DNA from: Squalus acanthias | Taxonomy: Eukaryota | Assembly (NCBI GenBank): GCA_030390025.1 | Contig: CM059432.1 | Location: forward strand, 135,162,001-135,226,000 | Direction of reading: 5' to 3' | Length of the DNA stretch: 64,000 nt | Shown: piece after piece, positions 1-12,995 of the stretch | Layout: each line of letters begins with the position of its first letter | How positions within the stretch are numbered: the stretch's first letter is position 1 | Position numbers and translations under genes: made by a program | The notes under the pieces: generated by a model | The model's database searches: none | What the model was told of the DNA's origin: nothing | The model's input: only the letters and a program-made list of their open reading frames with translations

Positions 1-520
1 GAAAAAAGCACCAAAACCTCTACAGAAGATTTTGAGACGGACAAAGTGGTTTTCACCCATTTCACAGTCTCATTACTTCCTGCTGTATTAAAAGCCAAAT
101 GTTTGGACCGTGTGCAAAGTGCGTCAGCCATTCAAACACTGGCAGTGGTTCATAACAAAATTACTGTCAAATCTTGGTTTTAGGGCGAAGTTCTTCATTA
201 TTATTGCTATTTGGTCATGAAAAGCATTCATACCAACAAATGTGAAAAAGTTCATTAGTAAATTCAATGGAAAATTAGGGATATTTTCCTATGTGCTTTG
301 TTGGCAGGTTTGAAGGAGAGTGGAAAATATCTAGACATTTCTGGCTGTGAAACATCAAGAACATTTTTTTTTCTGTACCATTGAATTAAGTGTATTACTC
401 AACAAAATAAAATGGTGCTGGTTCCTGTTCCATGACGCATATTTTACGGGTGAATTCATCTCAAATACTATGATGTAGTCTGCTTAAAAAGAGCAAGCTG
501 TATAGATGGTTAAAAGCTTT

Positions 521-1231
521 GGACAAAGAATTGAGTCGCGCCCCCTTTGGGGCGCTAACTTCGCCGGGGCGCTACTTTTAGTGGTCCGGAAAAATTAGCA
601 CCTCCGCGACCGAAATTGAGTGGTAGTGCCCCAAGAGGGAAGCAGGGCGCTACTGGAAGCACCCCGCCTCCCTCTTGGGGCGCTGCAGGTCTTCCACCCC
701 TTCTTAAAGGGGAGGGGCCTTGCGCAGCACGACCCGGGGCCCAGCTGGGCCCCCAGGGATCGGAGTGCCGGCAAAAGAGCCCGGCACTCAAGAGAAGAGC
801 CGGGCTCATGGAGCGCAGCCGGCACTCCGTTGGGGGGGGGGGGGGCGGGTAAGGAAGCCGGGGACGGGAGCGGAGGCAGGTGCTGGCAGGCAGCCAGCAA
901 CAAAATGGCCGCCCGGCACCTCGCCTTTAAATAGGGCCGCCCCGGCCGCAGGTAGGCCCCCTGACCCTGTCGGACATAGCGTCCAGCGGTAAGTCAGGGG
1001 GCGCTACCGAAGATTGCAGCCAGGACGCGAGCGGGGCGCTGCACACGCCAATAACGTCATCGTCGGCGGCGCAGCGCCGCGGGGCACTAATGGTTAGCGC
1101 CACCGCTAACCTCCCGCTGAATTTTGTGGGAGGCGTTGGCGGCACCGCGCCCAGGCACTAGTTGCTTTGCGCCCCATTAGCGCCCTAAGAGGGCGTTAAC
1201 GGGAGGCACAAAGTAACCGAATTTTTCCCCC
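521..1231. mobile_element. GC-rich non-autonomous DNA transposon / MITE (Harbinger-like ends)
   Basis: Sharp GC/CpG-rich block in AT-rich context. Repeated ggggcgcta / tagcgccc subterminal motifs in inverted orientation. Right end gaatttttcccc resembles the other MITE ends here. Confidence 0.5.
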
Positions 1232-2764
1232 TTTATATTTTTTTTTAACTGATCAGTAAAGGAAATTCATGTACAGCAAGTAAACTCTTGTGCAGAAATG
1301 CTCATGGGAACCCTTCCTGCGTTAAACCCCATCCAAGTTTGCAATCAGTTCGAAACTGAAAGAGCGAGGTGTGCCCAGAAAGAAAATCTAAGCTCGTCTA
1401 TGGAAGACCATCCTTGATAAAAACAGGAATGACAACATTTCCCTTCGACTTCAAAGCAATGTTGCTGGCAGAACTGTACTGAAAAAATACACCGAACAAT
1501 AGAAAAGGTCGATACCAGTACACAACAAAAACAGTAGCCAACAAGGACTAGAATACTATTTACAGGTGGCTGCAGCTTCTGCCAGCCACTTTCTCCAATG
1601 TGATCTGACCAGAGAGGTTAAATCCACAACCTGTCCAGGAAGCGCACAGGGTAGATGTTTAGCTTCTCTGCTTATTTCCTACAGTGGAACAGTGGATACA
1701 GCTGCTATGATGGAAACAGTTATCCGAATTGTCGAGCAATTTCCCATCCTCCCCACACAATTCCTGAAGTGTGTGTGTGTGTTTTTTTTTTAAAGTTAAA
1801 CTACACACTAAAAACATAAGCTTAGCGATTTATTTCGAAAGACACTGGTCTGCCATGCAGATGTTACCCCTCCCCAACTTTCGAGCCTAGAGGCCATTAT
1901 CAAATTAGAGGCGGGTTCGCGACCACTAATGCGGAGTCCTGGCCGAAAAGAGGGCAGAGTTATGGCGTGGTAGGTCTTGCGGGGGGGGCGGGGGCTTGCC
2001 ACAGCTTTGGGATGCGGGCAACCTCTGTGCTACCTGAAAAAAAATACAGCACTTCTTTTCTTACTAATTTCTGCTCCTCTACTTGGGCCTGTGAATGGCA
2101 ATACTCCCTGAGCATTTGCACAAGCCCAGTGGCAAATGGAATAACCCCCCTACCCTCTACTGACAATTGAACACAGGTGGTGGAGTCTGTGTTTTCCTCA
2201 TCATACTATGATTGGCACACAGTCCACCCACAGACAAGGTGGTGCATGTTATGCTGTCAGACCCGCCCCTGGTTAAGGCAGGGACACTGCACAGCACAAC
2301 CTCAAGCGCATTTCCAGCCCCATCTTCCCAGATTCACAGGGAAACAGGCAGGACGGGGCCTGAAAGCCTAGGCTATTGTTTGTAAGCAGGGTTTCCCTGA
2401 TTAACCAATGGGGCTTGAAGATGGCCAGGATTTTGAAGAGTTAATGAAAAGTCAAGCTGCATTCAAGGGTCCAATGTTCTCTTTCTCGTTCAAAACTCAA
2501 ACATGAGAATAAATACTCTGCAGAACTAACTCAAATACAAATTTAATGCCTTTAAAAATCTGTGTCAGTGGATAATTGCTAACTTGAGTTTGAACACTGT
2601 TAAAATGTCTCCGTGATGTAATGACGCAATGACTATAAGGACTAAAAGCTTGAAATCATGTTAGGGCAACTCCTTTGTTACAATAGAGGGAGGCAATGCG
2701 ATACAAATATGTTAACATTTTAATTTCTGCACAGCATGATTTCAACCACACAATATCAGATAAC

Positions 2765-3190
2765 GTAGAATAACGTCCCAAGGTGGTTCACACAGGAGAA
2801 ACGGGAGTTGGTTGAAGAGATATGTTTGGAGAACAATTTTAAAAGGTTTGAGGAGCGAGTTCCAAAGTGCAGAGCAAAGACAGCAGAAGGCTCTGCCACT
2901 CAAAGTGTAGCAAAGAGAGGTGGGATGGATGGGAGACCAGAGTCAAGGGACCAGGGAGATGCTGGAGAGGATGCAAGACTAGAGAAGGTTTCAGAACTGA
3001 GGTGGGGCGAGGCCATGGAGGGATTTGTACACTTGAGGAAGAAATTTAAATACAATCCACTGAGAGACGAGGAGCCAATTTACTTCAGTGAGGAAGGGGG
3101 TGATGGGCAAGTAGAGCTTAGTATAGGACAGGATGTGGGGGTGGTGGAGTTTTGGACAATTTGGAATTCATGGAGGGTGGGAGAATAGAA
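2765..3190 (-). mobile_element. Old L2 LINE 3' fragment
   Basis: cgtcccaaggtggttcaca and gagttccaaag...gaaggc...ggcgaggccatggagggattt resemble the L2 tail at 62716-63180. Confidence 0.45.
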
Positions 3191-3716
3191 AGGAGGGTGG
3201 GGCTGAGGGAACACTGTGGGGCAATGGGGTTAGAGCTCCACCCCTTCATGTTGGTTTCCAGCTCCACCCTGTGCCCTGGCCAGATTCTTCCCCCTCACAC
3301 CCGTGACCAGAAGGGCAGCCTGCAACGCTGGGTAGATACCCCCACCCCCACCCCCCCTCTACCCACAACCCAAAAGTTGGCCTGTGGCCCAAAACAGAAC
3401 CCTTTTACACACCTATGGCCTAAAAGACACCCAGCAACTTGACGAGGAAAGAGGCAGAAAAAGAAACAGCAACAGCAAGATCACAGAGAGGCCATGTGCT
3501 CCGACTTTCTGCGAGTAAAGCCACAGGAGAATCACTAGTATATTATAAAGGTAGATTTATACTTCAGATAAAAATCTGAATCTGTCTGGCACGACAGTCG
3601 GAGTTGGTCAAAACTCAGGGTGTCTATTGACACCATTGTGTCACCCAATGAGATGGAGGCGGGGCGGAGCGGGACTTACGGCAGGACTCACTGCAAACAG
3701 TCTATTTTCCAGCAGA

Positions 3717-3933
3717 ATCAAAATACTGCGGATGCTGGAAATCTGAAACAGAAACAGAAAATGCTGGAAATACTCAGCAGGTCAGGCAGCATCTGTGGAG
3801 AGAGAAACAGAGCTAACGTTTCAGGTCGGTGACCTGACGAAAGGTGATCGACCTGAAACGTTAACTCTGTTTCTCTCTCCACAGATGCTGCCTGACCTGC
3901 TGAGTGTTTCTAGCATTTTCTGTTTTTATTTTA
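3717..3933. mobile_element. Fold-back element made of two inverted Penelope terminal-repeat fragments, with a hammerhead-like core
   Basis: Arms 3752-3828 and 3849-3925 are near-perfect reverse complements. Same sequence as the ends of the PLE at 59425-61233. Flanked by CAGCAGA direct repeats (3710-3716, 3934-3940). Confidence 0.85.
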
Positions 3934-4648
3934 CAGCAGAGTCTGTTTAAACAGCGCACCACAACAAATGGTCTATAGAGTCTATTTTAAAGAGTCTCTG
4001 CGAACTACAGCAAACAGAACTCATGACCAAAACTGCAGCAACGTCTCCCGATAAAAGCAGGATTATTTCCCCAGCAAAATGCAGTGAGCAGAAGATAGTT
4101 ACATAATACAAATGATGTGCGTAAAATCAATCCCAGTCACTTACAGCAGTGCAGTCTCCAGGCATGATTGACAGGGGAATTACCCAATCATCTCTATTCT
4201 GGCCGGGAATAATGGTGCCACTATACGCAGTGATCTAAATTGCACCAGTGGCAGACAGTTGAAGTAATGCTGGGCAATTATGCTGAATCAAGATTTGATT
4301 GGATTTGCTTGCTAATATCTATTGAAATTTGCAGATTTCAACACCTGAGAAATTTTTTTTAAATCTACTCAAAAAGAACTTCAACTGGCTGAAATTTGGT
4401 TTCAATCTCAAAATTCCTGCCCAAATCCAATTTCCTGCCTGGTGGGAAACAGTGGGGAATTTACTGCTACCTGGAAAATAACAGCCTGAAGCTACAACTG
4501 GACAGAATCAAAGCAGTTAAAGGAATATATATATAAAAAAAGAACATTTCATTCCAGTTCTCAGCAGGCCAATTTATTGACTGGTCATCCAGGAAATTCA
4601 GAAACTGTATGAATAAACGCAATCTGACCACCTACTAGTGAGGAGAAT

Positions 4649-6247
4649 GGCCTGGATTTTGCGTTAATAATAACGGTGAGCTGTCATCGTCACTGTTATT
4701 ATGGAGTAAATCGGACAGCAACTTCCTGCGCAGTTAAACGTGGAAATCAGGGGGCTGCGGTCCGATTTGCCCTCCACCTCCACAAGCTTTGCTATAATGG
4801 TATCTCGCCGAGAGACTCGGCATTAAAATACATGACAGGCATGAAGTTGTGGTACTTACCCACTAAACAAGGCAGAAAAGGTTAGGGCTTGTGCAGGTAT
4901 AAGTGAATTTTAATGGCGTGATAAATCTTAATTATTGCCAAACAACCTCTCTGGCACTGAAAATTTACTTTTACAAGTGTGGAGTCTCATTCCTTCAGAT
5001 TTTAATTATTGTTGGATAATTTAAAAAAATTCTTTGTCTCTTTTATTTCTCTCTCTTAATCCCATCTTTCTTTCCCTCACTTTATTTCACTTTCTGTACA
5101 TGATTTTACAATGAATTAAATATTCTAATTTATACTTCCTGGTTTAGACGCTGTGGCCACGATTTTGCCAGCACTCAGAGGGCGGGTTTGGAGGCGGGTC
5201 AGAGGTTAAATTCAATTTGAATAACGGCGGGTTTCGAACCCGCCGTCAACCCGCCTCCAAACAACTTTCCCAAGTGTCGGGTCCCCGATTTGCGAATGGA
5301 CCCGACACCTAGTGGCGGGAAACGGATTAAAGGCAATTACCTGCCTACTGCCTATTAACAGGTGCTTGTCAGTAGTTTTCAGCCTGTTTTTGGATTTTCC
5401 CGCTTCTGGGTCGGGTTTCCCGATGTCTGGACACCACGCCAGGTAAGTGTGGCGTGTTGTGAGTCTGGTGTAATGTTTGTGGAATGAGGACAGCTGCAGA
5501 AGTGGTGTGAAGGATCCAATGTTGCACATGGTGAGTTTCAGAGCAAAGAAAATGTTGGTTACTGCATTTTTAAAACATTTACAGATTTCTTTAGCTTACA
5601 AGTTTTTAAATCCAACTATATGTCCAGTGCCACCTCATTGGGAGAACCTCTCTCACCAGTGACAGATCGTTTCTGCCATCTCACCTGCAGCTGCCATCTA
5701 TTCCAGCATATGGAGGGAGTCATTGGAGAGCCTGGGTGCAAGAGTTCACCTTTGTGCAGTGATTGGCAGTGTTTTCAGCACCTCAATGCTGTCAAACACT
5801 GAGAAATCAACTGTCAAAATCAAATTGTGCATGGTCCCTTTAAGGAAACAGGCAGATGAAGCGTCAGACCCGCTTCCTGTTAATTGGCCAGTAAGCCCGC
5901 AGGGCAGGCTTATCAAGGTCAATCAAGGGAAAATCACGTCTGTGGAGCGGAGGCAGCTGGGGGCAGGACTGGAAGCCGGAAACCAGCTGTCCCGCACCCA
6001 ACCCGACACCGCTGACAAAATCGCAGCCTGTGTGTCTCAGTGAGGATTCGTCAATCTGATTGGTTGAAGAGACACGCTGTTACTTGACCTGCTTACACAC
6101 GCCACCGATCCCCTGTAGAGGGCGCTGTGCTGAAAAGGATCTCGAAATACCATAAGTTGCCACTCAAAAGCCCATGAAAAGTCTGTGGGCAGCTGCGAGT
6201 GCAATGGCGAGCGACGTTCCTTCGCGGCTGACCGCAAAATCCGGGCC
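4649..6247. mobile_element. PIF/Harbinger-like MITE (outer element, hosts a nested element)
   Basis: TIRs GGCCTGGATTTTGCG ... CGCAAAATCCGGGCC (1 mismatch). Flanking trinucleotides AAT / ATT. Confidence 0.75.
5155..6028. mobile_element. Nested PIF/Harbinger deletion derivative
   Basis: TIRs GGCCACGATTTTGCCA ... TGACAAAATCGCAGCC, TSD TGT on both sides. Right portion is homologous (inverted) to 21727-22000. Confidence 0.8.
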
Positions 6248-7106
6248 ATTAGTCATGGACACTTGCATGATATTAATGCAGAGAGGGCACCAGCTGCATT
6301 CAGAGGCCTCTTGCGAGCCATGTGAGACCCTTACAGATAGGTGATAAAATGCAGAGCAAAACTCCGATATAGTCACAAGCTGAAGGAGAATGTGAAAAAC
6401 ATGCACTGCCAGAGTATTAAGTTATAACCATTAATTACAGAATAAAACTACACATGGCTTTCAATGATTTAACAGCAATTTAGCAACTATGAGGGATAGT
6501 TATGCATTAGCTAAAGCTCCTGAGAAAGTTCTTGGCTTATGTATAAGAGTGGAAAAGACAAATCATTAAAAGCCAGTAGCACTTCATTTTCAGAAAGACA
6601 GAAGCAGAAGTGGTTATGCATCAGACAGAAGAGGCAGACAATTCCTCATGTTACGTCTGGAGAGCCATGAGGGAAATCTCAACTCCCACGCACTGGGATA
6701 TCCTCCAAGAGGGAAACCTTAGACAATTGCATTAGCCTCTTTGGGTAAACATGTTTTGCAGGTTTACATTGTTAAATAAAAAAAAGAGCAATGGAAAAAA
6801 TTGGTGGGAAGGGGGAGGGGGGAGTGGAAAATTATCCCACAGGAAAAAGGCAAATTTCTTTCTCACTATCTGGCTGCTTAGGGGTCTTGCTAACATGCAA
6901 GGTACCTTTTTATATTAAAATATGCCTTAGGGTTGGTAACAAGGAAAATTTCCATTGAACATCTGCGGTATGCAGCCAATTCTTTGCTCTAGGTAGCTCT
7001 TTGGTAATTTAAGAATCAATGAAATGGTACAACACAAAAAAAGCAGCGATCCTGTAAAAACTGAAAATTGTGCATTTCAATATGTCGGGTTTTTCCCCCC
7101 CCAGAG

Positions 7107-7861
7107 GGCCCCGATTTTAACTCCAGGTGGATTCCCCGGTCAGGCCTGAGTTAAAAAAAGGTCAGGTCTCAAAGATGTGTCAGCTGTCAGGTGTGGTTCA
7201 GTGGGTAGCACTCTCGCCTCTGAGTCAGAAGGTCATGGGTTCATAGTCCCACTCCAGAGACTTGAGCATAAAAATCAATGCTGACACTCCAGTGCAGTGC
7301 TTGAGGGAGTGTTGCACTGTCGGAGGTGCCGTCTTTCGGATGAGATGTTAAACCGAGGCCCCGTCTGCTCTCTCAGGTGGACATAAAAGATTCCATGCCA
7401 CTATTTCAAAGAAGACCAGGGGAGTTATCCCCAGTGTCCTGGCCAATATTTATTCCTCAATCAACATCACTAAAAAGCAGATTACCTGACCATTATCACA
7501 TTGCTCTTTGTGGGAGCTTGCTGTGCGCAAAGTGGCTGCCGCGTTTCCTATATTGCAACAGTGACTATTCTTCAAAAGTACTTCATTGGCTGTAAAGCAC
7601 TTTGGGACGTCCGGTGGTCGTGAAAGGCGCTATATAAATGCAGGTCTTTCTTTCTTTCTTTGATGTCATCGGGCTGCAACATGCATATGTAAAGAAGGAC
7701 CCTGTTGGCTCCGAGCGTGTGTCCTTGCTGCCGGCTCAGGAGAGCAGGTTAAAATTGCAGATGTTGCAATCCTGGCAGCTTTTGGACAGGTAAGAACCAG
7801 GACGACTTTAACTGCCCACCCGCCAGGTTTCTGCTGAATGAGTAGGGTTAAAATTGCCCCC
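7107..7861. mobile_element. Harbinger-like MITE interrupted by a SINE
   Basis: Ends GGCCCCGATTTTAAC ... GTTAAAATTGCCCCC. SINE inserted at about 7177-7661. Confidence 0.6.
7177..7661 (+). mobile_element. tRNA-headed SINE (SacSINE1/DeuSINE-like), full length
   Basis: A-box/B-box-like head (tggttcagtgg ... gggttcatagtccc), central core shared with the other copies, tail aaggcgctatataaatgca followed by (TTTC)n. Family name is from recall. Confidence 0.85.
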
Positions 7862-8130
7862 ATTATAGTTGAAATTTATTTCAAACCAAAAAAGCAGGCA
7901 ATTATCTAATAGTTATTTATTTGGTTGCAAATATTAGAAGTTCTTTTGGGTTATAAAGAAATCGTGGTGGTATTCCAAATTTGTAAATATAGAATAAATT
8001 TGAAAGATAATGGCAACATTCTGCAACATGACACCGGACACCACACATAACTTGGATACCGTGTGCAAATCTTTTATCTGCTTAGGATTTTACTGAACTT
8101 GAATTTTTAACCAATGTTTTGGAATACACC

Positions 8131-8509
8131 TAGGGTTGGCAACTCTGGTTGGACGTGTTCCTGGAGATTTCATCACGTGACCTCCTGCCTCCAACTGCCC
8201 CGCCCCCACATTCTCGCCATTGGTCACCTGACATGCCCATCCTCACAGGCCCCACCTTCCCACGCTAATTGGAAAGCAAACAGACTCTTCGTTACCCCAC
8301 TGGATGATGCTTGACTGTCAGTCAAACAGCCCTTTTTTCTCTTCAATATTTTTGTAAATAATGAGCCAAACTAGTCAAAGAAAATGAAAACACACAATTC
8401 TTTTTAATGCCCCTATGATTTCTCTCCCTTGTTGCCCGCAGCAGTGCTCTGGAGATCAATCTTCAATTCCCGGAGACTCCAGGACAATCCTGGAGGATTG
8501 GCATCCCGA
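8131..8509. mobile_element. hAT-type MITE
   Basis: Ends TAGGGTTGGCAA ... TTGGCATCCCGA. Exact 8-bp TSD AATACACC at 8123-8130 and 8510-8517. Confidence 0.85.
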
Positions 8510-8839
8510 AATACACCTGTTCTTACAATAGCTTTGTTGTTATCGCAAGTTATTAAATTGGGACTTAGCATCCATTGCTTAGACACATTGTCAACGCCTG
8601 ACAGAACTGTCATCATCTGGACGTGTCTTGTTAGGGAAACAGCTGTTCCAGAGCTGCTAATTTTCAGTGGATTAAATATACAAACTTAATGGAGAGGAAG
8701 GCTAGTGAATGATTTCATGCATGCTGCTATCTAATATTCTGGCCTTACTGAAGCATTTACCAGGAGCACTAACTTTACTGCAGCCACAAAATTTGCAGGC
8801 GCCTGTCCAATCAATCCAGACTGAAAAATTACCATCCAT

Positions 8840-8865
8840 AGGGGAATTCCCCTTACTCTGAGTCA
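8840..8865. promoter_or_regulatory. Candidate NF-kB palindrome plus adjacent AP-1 site
   Basis: AGGGGAATTCCCCT (14-bp palindrome) followed after 5 bp by TGAGTCA, in non-repetitive intron sequence. Confidence 0.35.
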
Positions 8866-9847
8866 TTGGTAGAAAAAAAAACAATCTCCCGTTCCCCCAC
8901 TCGCACATTAACTGACGTTAACTAGATTTTGTCCAAAAAAGCTCGATGTGAAGATGACTAGACTCAAGTGTTTGTCAGACAGAACGTCAAACTCGACTAA
9001 AAGGGCTCTGAAGTGGATGTGTACTATGATGTTCAATTGATGGCTCATAGTTCAGAAGGTTTCCACAGGCAGCTGTGGAATTTATCGTCTGTGCCAGCAT
9101 CAGGGAAACCCTCCAAAACAATAACCCTTAAAAGAGGTTCCTCCCATTCAGGTCATGCTCATGACTCATAAATTCTAACACTGTCACTGTTAAGGAATAG
9201 GTATTTGAAAGATATCCATAAAATATGAGCGTTCTTCATAAAATACGCGCCGAGACTTCAACCGAACAAAAGAAAAATGTCTATGTTATGACAAACTTTT
9301 TCCTGGTTCTAACTCAGTCATCATTGTAATCAAAACTAAGGAGCTCAAGCCAAGAGAAGATTAACCCCTGACAGAATTAATTTGATGATCTCCAGGTGTT
9401 TGTATCAAATATCATTTACGGCAGTCTTGCTATCAGCTAATGTTGGCTACTTTGTAAAACCTTTATTGAAATAAAGGAGAACACTACAGACAATTCTGCA
9501 CGGGATTTATACTGATGTTAACGTAATGGCTTTTTAAATTTCTGTGATGTGTTCATTTGTCAACCACACTTTGTAGAGTCCCTCTGTAGAGGTCTAGAAA
9601 AAGCTGCAGGAACTCAAAAGGAATGCTCTGTGATGGTATCAGCCAGGTGGAGCTCCACAGACCACGATCGCAACCAAATACCAAAGTAAGTGCATTTGGT
9701 CTGTTTCCAGACTAATAGGAAACTGTCCTTGTTAGGGACAAACAAACAAAATACACTTACTTTGATGTTTGGTAGCAGGTGTGCTCTGCAGGAATACCAC
9801 TAGCTGACATGAGCAGAAAACATCTCTTTGTGCTTTTGCTCACTCCA

Positions 9848-10240
9848 AGTACTTGAGCGCATAATCTAGGCCGACACTTCAGTGCAGCACCGAAGGAGCG
9901 CTGCACTGTTGGAGATGCATTCTTTTGGATGAGACATTAAACCGAGGCCCCGTCTGCCCTGTCGCTGGATTCATAAGATCCCATGGCAACACTGGAAGAA
10001 GAGCAGGGGAATTTCTCCTGTTATCCAGGCCAACATTTATCCCTCAAACCAACATCACTAAAACAGATGATCTGCTCATTTATTTCATTGCTGTTTGTGG
10101 GAGCTCGCTGTGCACCAATTGGCTGCCACGTTTCCCTGTATTATAACAGTGACTACACTTCAAAAGTATTTCATTGGCCGTGAAGTGCTTTGTGATGTCC
10201 TGAGGTCTTGAAAGGTGTTATTAAATGCAAGTTCTTTCTT
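9848..10240 (+). mobile_element. SacSINE1/DeuSINE-like SINE, 5'-truncated and diverged
   Basis: Homologous to 7260-7661. Confidence 0.8.
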
Positions 10241-10945
10241 CTATCTATAACCTTATAGAATCATGTAAAATACAGCTTCCAAAGCAAGCACATAATATAA
10301 ATGAAAAACGACTACAAATTGGGACTAAAAACTCATATTCAAAGTGCTTAATTTTAGGATAAAAACATAAGCAAAGAGAGGCCAAGGATCAATTCTTAAA
10401 CAAATTTGTAAAAATAATATACTTAAAATTGCTCAATGTTCTATTTGCGAATTCCTACTACTGGAGCCTACAAATCCAAAACAGATACTTACTTAAGCCA
10501 TTTGCCAATCTAAAACTATTCAGAAAGCAGCTGTGTAAATAGAATTTCCTGGTCTTTTCTTTTAATGTATATTTGGTCCTTAATCAGTTACAGAATACCT
10601 TATACCATGACTGCTCCCCGTGGCCTGCAATGGAGTATTTATACTTAGCACATAGAACTTGGGGGAAGCCAGGTCCATTTTTTCTACGATTGATAACTCA
10701 ATATCTTACTTAAACATTTCTAATTCAAACCATATATTTTATTATCCAAAAGCTTTGCAGTGACCAGTTTTGCAAAAAAAAAGTTATGGGGAAAATAAAT
10801 TGTTCAGCCAAAGTATTCAGAAAATGTAAAGTATAAACAATAAGAGGAATGCACTTGACTGCTAATAATGTGGTTATAAAAGAAAGTGTGAAAGCAACAA
10901 CTTGGTAAAGTTAATCCCTTTCTTTGCAGAGAGACTTTACTTTCC

Positions 10946-12769
10946 AGCAAGTATGTAAAAAGGAAGAGAGTAGCAAAAGGAAGCACTGGTCCCTTAGAGG
11001 CTGAGACAGGTGAAATTATAATGGGGAATAAAGAAATGGCAGAGACTTTAAACAAATATTTTGTATCTGTCTTCACAGTAGAAAAAACAAAAAGCATACC
11101 AAAAATAATGGGGAACCAAGGGGCTGATGAGAGTGAGGAACTTAAAGTAATTAATATCAGTAGAAAAAAATACTTGAGAAACTAATGGGACTAAAAGCTG
11201 ACAAATCCCCTGGACCTGATGGCCTACAGCCAAGGGGTCTAAAAGAGGTGGCTGCAGAGATAGTGGATGCATTGGTTGTGATCTTCCAAAATTCCCTAGA
11301 TTCGAGAACAGTCCCAGCAGATTGGAAGGTAGTAAATGTAACCCTGCTATTCAAGAAAGGAGGGAGAAAGAAAACAGGGAACTACAGGCCAGTTAGCCTG
11401 ACATCAGTCGTCGGGAAAATGCTGGAATCCATTATTAAGGAAGTGGTAACAGGGCACTTAGAAAATCTTAATATCATTAGGCAGAGTCAACATGGTTTTA
11501 TGAAAGGGAAATCATGTTTAACAAATTTATTAGAGTTTTTTGAGGATGTAACTAGTAGGGTAGATAAAGGGGAACCAGTAGATGCAGTATATTTGGATTT
11601 CCAAAAGGCATTCAATAAGGTGCCACATAAAAGGTTGCTATGCAAGATAAGGGCTCATGGGTTGGGGGTAATGTATATTAGCATGGATAGAGGTTGGTTA
11701 ACAGACAGAAAACAGAGAGTAGGGATAAATGGGTCATTTTCCGGTATGCAGGCTATAACTAGTGGGGTGCCGCAAGGATCAGTATTCGGTCCTCAGCTAT
11801 TTACAATCAATATTAATTACTTAGATTAAGGAGCTGAGTGCAATATATCCAAGTTTGCTGATGATACAAAGCTAGGTGGGAAAGTAAGCTGTGAGGAGGG
11901 CACAAAGAGCCTGCAAAGGGAAAAAGACAGGTTAAGTGAGTGGGCAATAAGGTGGCAGATGATAATGTGAGAAAATGTGAGGTTATTCACTTTGGTGGGA
12001 AGAATAGCAAAACAGAATATTTTTTAAATGGTGAGAAGCTATTAAATGTTGGTGTTCAGAGAGATTTAGGTATCCTCGTACAAGAAACACAGAAAGTTAG
12101 CATGCAGGTACAGCAAGCAATTAGGAAAGCAAATTGCATGTTGGCCTTTATTGCAAGGGGGTTGGAGTACAAGAGTAAGGATGTCTTGCTACAATTGTAC
12201 AGGGCTTTGGTGAGACCACACCTGGAGTACTGTGCACAGTTTTGGTCTCCTTATCTGAGAAAGGACATACATGCCTTAGAGGCAGTGCAACGAAGATTCA
12301 CTAGATTGATCCCTGAGGTGAGGGGGTTGTCTTATGAGAGATTGAGTAGATTGAGCCTATACATTTAGAAGAATGAGAGGTGATCTCACTGAAACATATA
12401 AGATTCTGAGGGGGATTGACAGGGTAGATGCTGAGAGGTTTTTTTCCCCTGGCTGGAGAGTTTAGAACTAGGGGGCATAGTCTCAGGATAAGAGGTTGGC
12501 CATTTAAGATGAGGAGGAATTTCTTCACTCAGATGGTTGTGAATCTTTGGAATTCTCTACTCCAAAGGGCTGTGGATGCTGAGTCGTTGAGTTTATTCAA
12601 GGCTGAGATAGAGATAGATGTTTGGATTCTACGGGAATCGAGGGATATGGGGATCGGGTGGGAAAGTGGAGTTGAGGTCGAAGATCAGCCATGATCTTAT
12701 TGAATGGCGGAGCAGGCTCGAGGGGCCATATGGCCGACTCCTGCTCCTAATTCTTATGTTCTTATGTTC
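10946..12769 (+). mobile_element. CR1 LINE, 5'-truncated, ORF2 RT pseudogene
   Basis: KSPGPDG, NYRPVSLTS, QHGF, YLDFQKAF, GVPQGS, KFADD and RPHLEYC motifs with stops and frameshifts. 3' tail (TTCTTATG)n. Confidence 0.95.
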
Positions 12770-12854
12770 AACCGAAAAGCTAAAATATATCAATGCATAT
12801 TTCTTCCTATTAAGAACAGGAGTCTGATAAAATGCCAAACACCTTTCAACGTAC

Positions 12855-12995
12855 CTGCTGCCTTTTCCACAAAAATGACCTTTGACTCTGCGAGAAAGTT
12901 GTGACCGTTTAAAATCATCATCTTTCCACCAATCACAGGATACCTGTCAATGCTTTGCTTTTCTATCAATGGCAACTCCTGTGCAGACCTTTGGG
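12855..12995 (-). CDS. NFATC1: NFATC1 internal coding exon ([47 protein letters not shown]; start of IPT/TIG domain)
   Basis: Matches NFATc1 [28 protein letters not shown]. Acceptor ctctcag, donor gtacgt. 141 nt, in frame (T+CC = Ser). Confidence 0.94.

Noticed and set aside
521..1231. CpG-island promoter or GC-rich ORFs
   Set aside because: Sharp boundaries and inverted subterminal motifs fit a MITE. The ORFs have no recognisable homology.
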